A DNA stretch of 27,441 nt from the IMG/VR virus record IMGVR_UViG_3300009183_000309, positions 1 to 27,441 of that record; one strand, given 5' to 3'. How positions within the stretch are numbered: the first letter of the stretch is position 1; every line of letters begins with the position of its first letter. This document shows positions 1-8,900 of the stretch, piece after piece. The position numbers and the translations under genes were made by a program. The notes beneath the pieces were generated by a model that worked only from the letters and a program-made list of their open reading frames with translations, did not search any database and was not told the DNA's origin. This stretch comes from a virus (Duplodnaviria; Caudoviricetes).

Positions 1-211
1 GGCAGTAGCAGAGGTTACATGTATGCGTGGCTCACGCTAACGTGTACAGCTACAGCATAGCGCCGCAGAGTGCTAGCTGTAGGCAGTAGGACTGGCCAAC
101 GATTCGCTCCCGGCAACCAGTCTAGTAGTGAAGAACCCAAGTCTAAACGGCAAGGGTTCTTGATCCCCACCCGTAAATCCGATTCGCTCCCGGTAGGTGG
201 GGATTTTTTTT
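1..211 (+). ncRNA. candidate structured RNA (or ssDNA) element: five tandem hairpins ending in a terminator-like U-tract; 5' end may lie outside the window
   Basis: Stems: GCGTG-gct-CACGC within ~16-46; TACAGCTA...TAGCTGTA 45-81; GGACTGG/CCAGTCT 89-123; AAGAACCC/GGGTTCTT 131-161; ATCCCCACC/GGTGGGGAT 163-204, then a T-run to 211. Exact 14-mer CGATTCGCTCCCGG in two loops (100-113, 180-193). Confidence 0.5.
163..211 (+). terminator. possible intrinsic terminator (9-bp stem, unusually large 24-nt loop, T8)
   Basis: ATCCCCACC...GGTGGGGAT directly followed by TTTTTTT. Confidence 0.5.
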
Positions 212-435
212 GATTGAATCATCAGGGGTCGGTCGGCAAGAGAAAAAGATTTTGTTGAGGGGGGTCGGGGTATACATTATCTATATGTTGTATTTTTGCA
301 ACAGCGCAAGCCTTTTTCCGCCCGCTAAAAAAGAGGGGTGTTGCCAAATCACCACCCTAAAAGTTTAAGTACTTTACTTTACTTTTTTTCGACGCAGAAA
401 TTTGCCCAGCAAAGGACCCCGTTGGGGGACTTGTG

Positions 436-735
436 TTATGCAGGAGTGCCCCAACTACTACTTGAATTCTCTCCCACACCAATCACACATGCTGTTACTG
501 TAGTATATTCAATCAATGTCCATGCTCCAGTTTTTGGATTAACTGTGAGTACAGTGCTGGTACCTTGTTCACTAGTGGCACCACGCCATTGCGGAGTTTC
601 CCCAAATTCTTCCATCATGGTACGAAATACCTTTTCAGTATTATCACATACTACTGGCTTGTTCAATCTGCGTGTTTGTGCGGTGGCTGTAGTCAACACA
701 GCTACCATGACGAGTAGGGCTAAAATGTTCTTCAT
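436..735 (-). CDS. secreted/periplasmic phage hypothetical protein, 99 aa (start revised to MKNILALL)
   Basis: Signal peptide MKNILALLVMVAVLTTATA-Q; two Cys (KPVVC, TACVIG); TTAAATA box 4 nt upstream of the ATG. Confidence 0.75.
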   Translation of the reverse strand: MKNILALLVMVAVLTTATAQTRRLNKPVVCDNTEKVFRTMMEEFGETPQWRGATSEQGTSTVLTVNPKTGAWTLIEYTTVTACVIGVGENSSSSWGTPA

Positions 736-739
736 ATGG

Positions 740-746
740 TATTTAA
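740..746 (-). promoter_or_regulatory. T4-like late promoter box TTAAATA
   Basis: Resembles the TATAAATA late consensus; recurs upstream of many genes here. Confidence 0.55.
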
Positions 747-813
747 GTACTTCCCCAAATTTTTTTGCGCACAGAATTTCTCCGGCCCAGAACCCATTCG
801 CATAAGTACTAGC

Positions 814-990
814 ATGAATAATGACATGTATAACGAAACCATTGAGCGTAACGGTAAGACCTACCATTACGACCCAGATCAGGACATTTACTACTGTAGA
901 TACGATAGCAATGATCTAAGCCATTTTGATCAGTTTGGATGGTTGTACTTGATTGTCATACTGACTAGTATAGTATGGATATTAACATGA
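814..990 (+). CDS. small membrane-anchored hypothetical protein, 58 aa (start revised to MNNDMY)
   Basis: ATAAGTA box at 802-808, 5 nt before the ATG; C-terminal hydrophobic helix; ATGA overlap with the next gene. Confidence 0.6.
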   Translation: MNNDMYNETIERNGKTYHYDPDQDIYYCRYDSNDLSHFDQFGWLYLIVILTSIVWILT

Positions 991-1214
991 GCCGTGAGTA
1001 CTATGTGCTTACCATGCATCCTGATGCTAGACAAGTGTTTGAATGGATATGGGCCAATCACTTGCAGTATGAAGTACATCTTAATCGTACACGCTTTTGG
1101 GTACCAACTGATTCAAGTTTGAACACTTACTTTCAATTATGGCTAGCAGACTCATGTGGCACAGTTGATCCTAGCTTAGATCTTACAACAGGCTTGCCCA
1201 TACTGAACCAATAA
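987..1214 (+). CDS. small hypothetical protein, 75 aa (start revised to MSREYY)
   Basis: ATG overlaps the TGA of the upstream gene (ATGA coupling). Confidence 0.65.
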   Translation: MSREYYVLTMHPDARQVFEWIWANHLQYEVHLNRTRFWVPTDSSLNTYFQLWLADSCGTVDPSLDLTTGLPILNQ

Positions 1215-1281
1215 TAAAACCCACGCCAAACGCCCATAGCATAACAAGTATGCTGACAGGTATGAATATCCATTCATCCAT
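1183..1281 (-). CDS. putative 32-aa hydrophobic membrane peptide MDEWIFIPVSILVMLWAFGVGFIIGSVWASLL
   Basis: Read by hand: ATG 1281-1279 to TAA 1185-1183; lies just downstream of the 1302-1559 gene on the same strand. Confidence 0.45.
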   Translation of the reverse strand: MDEWIFIPVSILVMLWAFGVGFIIGSVWASLL

Positions 1282-1301
1282 TATATAAGGTTCTAATTTA
1301 G

Positions 1302-1559
1302 TCAAGTCCATTGTAATAAGAATAGTGTCTTGTATGTGGGTTTCTTAAACGCTATACAGGCTTGCCAATAGTTGATGCTCGTTCCATTGTGATACGCCCA
1401 ATGACTATAGTGACTGCCTATATAAGTGTTGAGCCATGCTTCCATAACATCCACAGCAGTAACCCAGTCTAGCTGATCGTTGACTATTATGGTGGGCCAA
1501 TGAGCAGTGGCTATATGCTCGAAAGGATGTAGCTCTGGTAAGTAAAAGCTTCTTGGCAT
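1302..1559 (-). CDS. small hypothetical phage protein, 85 aa (start revised to MPRSFY)
   Basis: ATAAATA box at 1565-1571, 5 nt upstream of the ATG; Trp-rich with a C-terminal F-x-L-x-W ending. Confidence 0.7.
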   Translation of the reverse strand: MPRSFYLPELHPFEHIATAHWPTIIVNDQLDWVTAVDVMEAWLNTYIGSHYSHWAYHNGTSINYWQACIAFKKPTYKTLFLLQWT

Positions 1560-1564
1560 GCATT

Positions 1565-1571
1565 TATTTAT
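1565..1571 (-). promoter_or_regulatory. T4-like late promoter box ATAAATA
   Basis: 5 nt upstream of ATG 1559. Confidence 0.6.
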
Positions 1572-1881
1572 TGGTTTTAAGCAAGCCCGTAACTTGATTG
1601 TAATCTGCGTTTTACCGCTTGCTACTTCGTAGCGTAGGCTTATCTGCGCTCTGCGCTTCGCGTGAAAATTTGCGTTTTCCGCCCTGCGGTCTAGGCCTAT
1701 GTAGCTGACCTGACGTTTTAGACTCATTTAGGCCAAATGTGTCAAAAAGTGTTAAAAAGTCGGCTCTAGTGATATCTAGAACGCAGGTTTTTCTTACCAA
1801 AATAATCTTCTTGTGGAAATTGGTCAGTAATACTACTAATGCCTTTTAATGATATTCACTATAGGTTTTAGGCTCATATGG

Positions 1882-1930
1882 TGCTATTATAGTGATACAT
1901 ACTAATGCAGTATGTATTTTATAAAGGAGA
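1882..1930 (+). promoter_or_regulatory. pqqA leader: extended -10 (TGcTATTAT), 5' stem-loop and Shine-Dalgarno
   Basis: TGCTATTAT 1882-1890; ATACATACT-aatgc-AGTATGTAT 1895-1917; AAGGAGA 1924-1930, 6 nt before the ATG. Confidence 0.6.
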
Positions 1931-1936
1931 ACTACT

Positions 1937-2008
1937 ATGTGGACTACACCATCAGCAACAGATATGCGCTTTGGTTTTGAAGTTACAATGTACGTAATGA
2001 ACCGTTAA
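1937..2008 (+). CDS. pqqA: pyrroloquinoline quinone (PQQ) precursor peptide PqqA, 23 aa MWTTPSATDMRFGFEVTMYVMNR
   Basis: Read by hand; typical PqqA pattern MW-x-x-P...R-x-G-x-E-V-T-x-Y with E15-x3-Y19; strong SD; own terminator. Confidence 0.95.
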   Translation: MWTTPSATDMRFGFEVTMYVMNR

Positions 2009-2014
2009 GACAAT

Positions 2015-2042
2015 AAAAAAGCCCAGGATTAACTGGGCTTTT
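2015..2042. terminator. bidirectional intrinsic terminator between convergent pqqA and the 2059-2934 gene
   Basis: AAAAAAGCCCAG-gattaa-CTGGGCTTTT. Confidence 0.85.
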
Positions 2043-2058
2043 CCACGAGTGCGTTTTC

Positions 2059-2934
2059 TTATGCAGTTGTATTAGTTGGACTAGTTTGATTAAGTGCTAC
2101 TACTTTTACATTGGGATTATTACCTTCCCAACGGCCTTGTTTTAAGCACATTTTTTTAAGTTGGTCGTCTGTTAGATCTTTTACCTTAGTATCTATTGTT
2201 GCACCTGCCGCACGGGCTAAATCTCTAGCATACGTTGATCCGTAGCCTTGCTGTGCAACACCAGTTGCCCATAGTTGACAACCTGCATCAATAGTAAGGT
2301 TATTATACTTGGGTGTTCTCCATTGTGCCATTTGCAGTCGTGTTCCCATTTCAAGTGTGGGGAAAATTGCAGTCTTTACGCCATCGTCAGCTCGAATCCA
2401 ACCAATGGCTCCAAAGTCTTTGGCCATGTCACTCATCATGTTATTGCCAGGATTGTTTGCCCGCCAATTAAGAGTGCCACCTATTCTTTTCTGGTCACCA
2501 ATGATAATACTGCCATCCTTGCCTACCACAGCTTGTCCTGCTGGCGCAGGTGCTTCTGTTCCTGTGTTGTTACCCATAGGGTCTGAATTATAACCTGGCT
2601 GTAGTGTATTTTGAGCTTGTTGTTGTGGAGTTAGTGTATGTGGAAAGGCTGGACGTTGTGGTGCTGTAGCTGGTTGTGCTGGTGCTGGAGCAGGTGCTGG
2701 TTGTGCTGGCAACGGATGCGGCCCGCTATTTGTAGGAGCAGGTAAATTCAAACCACGTGGGACATAACGTGCAAATTGACTGCTAGACATCGCGGCCTGT
2801 GTATTAGGGCCTATCTCGCCGTCCACTGTCAATGGGGTACCGTCAGCATTTTTAGCGCCGGCTTTTCGCATGGCAGTTTGCATGGCCGAAACCCGTGGAT
2901 CATTTGTTTCAAATATAAATTCTCTTGCTCTCAT
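2059..2934 (-). CDS. peptidoglycan-binding domain + Pro/Ala/Gln linker + putative lysozyme-like domain; likely virion-associated
   Basis: MQTAM...LTVDGEIGPNTQAA (PG_binding_1-like); PAPA linker; NWRANNPGN...AIFPT motif; late box ATAAATA at 2940-2946. Confidence 0.7.
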   Translation of the reverse strand: MRAREFIFETNDPRVSAMQTAMRKAGAKNADGTPLTVDGEIGPNTQAAMSSSQFARYVPRGLNLPAPTNSGPHPLPAQPAPAPAPAQPATAPQRPAFPHTLTPQQQAQNTLQPGYNSDPMGNNTGTEAPAPAGQAVVGKDGSIIIGDQKRIGGTLNWRANNPGNNMMSDMAKDFGAIGWIRADDGVKTAIFPTLEMGTRLQMAQWRTPKYNNLTIDAGCQLWATGVAQQGYGSTYARDLARAAGATIDTKVKDLTDDQLKKMCLKQGRWEGNNPNVKVVALNQTSPTNTTA

Positions 2935-2939
2935 AATTT

Positions 2940-2946
2940 TATTTAT
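2940..2946 (-). promoter_or_regulatory. T4-like late promoter box ATAAATA
   Basis: 5 nt upstream of ATG 2934. Confidence 0.6.
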
Positions 2947-2949
2947 TTC

Positions 2950-5900
2950 TTATGCTTGCGCTTCGCCCCAACGTAGAATAATGTTACAAGGTGTAGCTGT
3001 ACCGCTAACCTTATACACGTTAATGGCCAACACGTCTGGACCATTAGGGAATGTACCACGTCCACCAATAGCTGTAGCTGTCAATTCTTTTAATGCATCT
3101 AAACTCAAATTGTCAGTTGATCCAGGATTGCTAATAAACGAAAATACCTGTTCACCTGGTAAGGCAAACGCACTACCAAATTGGAATTTAAGTGTATCAG
3201 CGGCGCTAATACCTGCGTTGGTTGTTTGTGTAAATGTCACACGATACACAGTGGTTGCACCGTATGTACGTGTTGATACTTGTGCTACACTGGTACCAGC
3301 TGGGAATTTAGTTTGGTCACTGGCCACCTTGGTACCTACACTTGCACCACTGGCCAACCATGTTGTGCTGTCAAAGAACAAATAGTTAGTTGTGGTATAA
3401 GATGCACTTGAACCGGCCGCTGTTACAGTAACAGTTTTATCATTACCAGATCCAGCAGTGCTTGTAGCATTGGCCACGCCTGACATAACAATACGTGTAT
3501 GACTTATGCTGTTAATAGTAATATAACCAGGAACAATACTGCTAATAGTTTGGCCACCAGTCAAGTTGGTAGCAACACTTAACACGTCACCTACAGCAAT
3601 ACCAGTACCAGCATAACTAGAATCAGTAATTAAAAAGTCACTACGTGCAGTACTTAATGCACTTCCATATGTGGCGGTTGCCGCACTGGTGGCAGTTACC
3701 GTGACATTGTTGCCTGTACCACTAACACTGCTGGAATTAGCTGATCCAGTCATAATAACACGGGCATAGGCCACGTTGGCAAACACACAGTAGTTAGGCG
3801 TGATGCTGGATACTGATTGCCCACTAGTCAGGAAAGTAGCAACACTTAGCACGTCACTTACTGCAAGTGTACTGCTGGCATATTGTGTTTGCGGAATTAA
3901 AAAGTCAGTACGTGCTGAGCTCAATGCTGTGGCATAAGTCAATGACAAGTTGGATCTAATTGTTACGTTACTAATTTGAGTGTTGGTAGCACTGGTGGCA
4001 TTGGCCACAGCACTCATAACAATACGGGCATACGCCACACTGTTGATTGTGATAAAGTTAGCTGTTACACTTTGGACAGTTTGTCCACCTGTAATATAAG
4101 TGGCAACACTTAGAGCATCTCCAACCAGTATTGGAGTTGTAAATGCCGCAAACGTGCTTTGTGGAATCAAAAAGTCACTACGAGCAGTACTGAATGCAAA
4201 CTGGTATGTGGCATTTTGTGCGCCAGTAATTGCCGGAGCATTGGCTAATTGATTAATTTGACTAAAGCTGGTAGCTGTGAGTGTGTTGGTCACAGCCGCA
4301 AAACTCTTGGCTGTGAGTGTGGTGGTAAATGCACCTTGTACAGTGGCCGTTGTGGTATACACGTTGCCACCCCATGTTACAGATCCACCCGCCGCAATCT
4401 GCGCAAAGCTGGGCTGTCCACCCGCCGCACTTGATGCCAATCCAGTCCAGGTAATTTTAGTAGGATCAGTTGGATAGTTTTGTGGATTTAACACACCTTC
4501 AATAACAATGGCGCCACCGCCTGCAACTGAGTCACTGGCAATGGCAATACCTGATAATAACAACTGCGCACGGTTTAATAGTTCTTTATCACCCAAGTCA
4601 CCTATTTGTGCATTACTTACGCTGGGTGCTAGTCGAATCAAGAACGCTGTACGCTTGTCAACACTTGCACTAACTGCCGTAGCCGCATAGTTAAAGATGT
4701 ATCCGCGGTCACTGTCAAACTGTCCGTCAATCATAAACGCACTACCCCAGTGGCTAATGTTTGGAGTTATTGTGTTACTTACAAGTACAACTCCTGCTCC
4801 AATTACATGTGAGCTAGCAATCCCTGCGGTAAAGTTACGTTGGCTACCTGCTGTAAACTGTGTGAGTGGTGCCGCTCTTGTGCAACCAGTTAAGTTTGCG
4901 CCATCGTTACCTGTGTAACGAATTAGTTCGTTATCAATGTATACTGTGCCTGCACTAGGAAACCAATAAGCATCTTCCACACTTAGAGGAACAGTTGTTT
5001 GACTATCAGTCATAACAGCAGATAATTTACCTTTGGCTCCTTCGTTAATAACTTCATAACGAACAGGCTGGTTACCAGTACGCATATACGCTTCGGTGTT
5101 TACGTTACTGTTACGGAATCTGTGTGCAAATGCATAGTTACCATCCGGACCACGTAGCATGAAGTCAATGAATCCAGCACCATACCATGTGTGTTGAATA
5201 CCAATCATCTGCATTTTAGTAACATCTATGTTGTAGCCACTAGGTCCAGAACCATTTAATGGATCAATGTTCCAGTTTTCTTGTGGTATTACAATGTCCA
5301 CAGTTTTGACAGCTTTAGCACCAACTACATCGCTAACACCACGATAATCAGGAGTTACTGATATAATTGTATCGCTGGTTACAACACTTACAATGTGAGT
5401 CATACCGCGAATAACAATACGATCACCTGCGGCTAATTGTTGTGTAAAGCGGGTGTTATCGCCAGTTACTGTATTACTGTTAGCTGGAATACTGATAGTA
5501 CCAGCAAGTTGCTGAGTACTAGAGCGACGGACAACAGCCATACGTTGTCCGTCATATTGCCAAAACATACCGTTTTGGTCATCAAATATACCTGAACGAA
5601 TGGTTGATCCATGCCAGTTTTTAACACTCATGATACATGGACTACTTAATACGGCATTGGTATTACCTAGAGTAGTTTGTGCAAGCACTCTAAACACACG
5701 CTCTGTACTGATATCAGTCACAGTATATGTGCCATTAAATCCCGAAGTTTGTACACCACTGATAATAACAACGCCGCCAACTTGTAAGCCGTGATCGGTA
5801 TCGTCTGTTGTAATAGTTATAATACTACCAACTGTTGTTGCGGCCGCTACTAGACTACGCAGGTCATAACTTGGAGCAAACAACGCACCTGTGTTGTACA

Positions 5901-8900
5901 TAACGCCCTTACCTGATTGGTAACGAATGTATTTCTTACTCATACGAATTGCAGTAGCACCGTGACTTGGACTTGCTGTACCTAACTGTACACCTCCGTC
6001 AAATGGTCTATGTACAAAGAAGCTGTCTGGTCGGCCATATATGACTCCAGTCAATGTATTATTAATTGTGCCTGCTGAACGGGCTGTGTATCGTAATCTA
6101 GTTGGATCAGGAACTTGTTCAACAAAGAACGGGCCCGCGGCCAACTGCGCACCAGTGTCTGCGCTGGTAATGCTAACGGTGATAGTATTGCCCGGAACAA
6201 ATCCGTGATTGCTAGCAAACGTTACTTGAATAGTTGCAATACTTGTGTATGTAATTCCGGTATTGCCGCTGGCAATTTGACTAGTAGTCACATCACTCAT
6301 AGTGAATGCGCTGATAAAATTCTTTGTGGGTGCAGTAATTGGCGTACCTGTGGTGCCGCTGATTGATTGAATTACGCCGCCTGGATTAACTGCTAATATT
6401 TGAACTGTTGAAGTTATACCAGTTAACGTTGCCACAGTAAATGTGCTGTTTGTATTGGCGCCTTGTACCACTGTAATCACATTACTTATATTGTATCCAC
6501 GGCCAGGATTATTGACTGTAACACTATTAACTTTCCCATCAATTACGGAATTTATTGTTACTGAAGCATTGCCGCCACCGCCAGTAATTGTTATTACCTC
6601 GTTATTTAAATATCCAGTACCAGCTACATTTATTACTGCGGTGTCAATTATTCCGCCAGTTTGTGTGATATTCAATGTTAATCCAGTACCAGAACCACCT
6701 GAGGTTACAACACCAGAAGCAGTAGAGTAGCCTGTACCAGCGTTTGTAAGGGTTAACGTAGCTGGAGTGCCATTTACAACGGTAATATCAACAGTTAATC
6801 CAGTACCAGAACCGCCCGATGTTGTAACACCAGAAGCAGTGGTATATCCATTACCTGGAACAATGGTGTTGACTGTTGCTACTGCTTTTAGCTGTACAGT
6901 AATAGTATCGCCTACATAATATCCAGAACCAACAGTATTAACTGCAAATGTATCAACTGCGCCACCACTAGCTGTGATATCAACAGTAAGTCCTGTACCT
7001 GCGCCAGTTGAACCACTACCCAACGCAGTAACAGTGGTTGGAACTCCCGTAGCGGTAACATATCCAGAGCCACCCGTGCCTGTTGCAAAATCAAGTGAAG
7101 ATACTGTTCTTGCTGGACTTGCCGCACCCACAGTAGCTATGGCATTGTTGGTGTTATTGCCGCCAAGTCCACTGCCTGCAAATGTAATTGTGTTGCCAGC
7201 AACATAGCCTGTGCCTGGTGTAGTAGCAACTGTGGTATAGGTTGATCCGCTACGAGATATTGTAAATATACCTCCGGTACCTGAACCAGTAGTGCTGGTC
7301 TGTGTCACTCCAAGTACGCTAGCACTAGTTCCTACTATTGCGCTGGTAAGAGGATTTTGTATGGTAATGGTGTTGCTAGTAACGTCAGTGACCAATACTG
7401 CCTGTCCATCACCACGATCAAACACTAGACCTTGACTAATACCTGTTGTACTGGTGACATTAAAACTAGTAGCTCCAATTGCGGCATTAGCTGATAATGT
7501 TGTGCTGGCCGCTGTGCCGCCTGGCCCAGTAACGGCTGTAATCTGTGCTCCGCTAGGAATGCCAGTGCCTGTTAATGGAGCACCTACCGGTGGCACAGTG
7601 CCTGTAAAACCAATAGTATCAGTGCCTGATGCAGATATTAAACTGGTTGTAATTGTACCAGCTACACCAGAAGAAAATACTGAAAATTGAGGATTGCCAA
7701 TTGCCGCACCAGTATAAAAGTTACCTTTACGTAATTGTGTATATGTGCTGGATAGTTGTTGGCCGTTACTAGTACCTACTTTAGATTTAGCGTAATAAGT
7801 CATGGTATTACCGCTGGCGCTGGCCAACAAGAAACTACCTTCCGAACGACTAAAACCTGATACTGAATTAGCAAGAGCTTTAATTGTGATAGCATCGCCA
7901 GGATTTAGTCCATGTGAGCTTTGTGTAGTAACCGTTATTAAACTTGCGCCTGACCCGCCGGTTCCTGAGCTAGCATCTGTTGTTACACTGATAACTGCTA
8001 AGTCACTACCTGGAATTTCATAGATAGCTGGATAGTTACGCATCATAGCAAGTGCTTGCCACTTGGTTGGTTGTAGTCCGTATTCAAAGTCAGCGTCTAA
8101 CATGCTTTGTGGAATACCAACTTTCATACGCTCCATTGCGTCCGTACCAATACGATTCAAACGAACAATCTGTTCGGCACCTTCTACAAATATTTGAATA
8201 TTATCAGTGACCATATGATCTGTAGTGTTGGCATCAAATGTAATTGTGGTCACACGATCATTTCCATACAAGGCCGCTGGAAAATCACTATCATAAGTTT
8301 CAGTATATGTTATTTCTGCCTTGTATGTAGGATCTGCAAAGTTATATAAAATAACATTACGGCTAGTGTTGGTAATTAATAAAATGTCTTTGAGTTTATA
8401 AAATCCTGGAAATTTAACGGATCCACGATTGGAAAGTTTAGTAGGTACAAGTGCAAGCCCAACTTTAATGACATCAATAACAATATCAGATACTAGTGCA
8501 ACAATTGTACTTCCAAATACTTCAGCTGGATTGCCGCTATCAACAACTTGAGCTATGGCAGTTTGTCTACTGCTAAAGGCAATGCCGGCTAAAATATAGT
8601 TTTGAATTAGACCTTTGATAAATGTATGGGCAAATACTTCAGGCAGTCGATCGCCGTCAACTTGTGGCACACCGTTCAACCAATAGTAAGTAGCATTAAA
8701 AATAGTCTGTCTGTTGCCGCCGTGTTTTAAGTCAGTGATATAGCCTTCTAACACATAGCTAACATCTCGTCGACATTTTTCTGCATTGTAAGTATAAAAT
8801 GCGTATGGAGCAATGTTGTTGGTCGCATTGTATGCGATGTATGCAATTGTTTCTTCTTGAATATATCGTTTGTTGGCTTCTAACAACGCTACAGTTTTTG

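Noticed and set aside
87-211. tRNA, tmRNA or CRISPR interpretation of the repeated CGATTCGCTCCCGG
   Set aside because: No cloverleaf, acceptor stem or CCA; only two 14-nt copies, located in loops; no cas genes.
338-805. 155-aa plus-strand ORF
   Set aside because: Antisense to the 436-735 gene, which has a signal peptide and a promoter box; non-ATG start in low-complexity DNA.
1560-1800. N-terminal extension of the 1302-1727 ORF and the 1612-1800 ORF
   Set aside because: They run through the hairpin-rich patch; the late box at 1565-1571 supports the start at 1559.
1856-1895. Inverted repeat TCACTATA...TATAGTGA around the pqqA promoter
   Set aside because: 8-bp AT-rich arms 24 nt apart could be an operator but could equally be chance; not listed as a feature.
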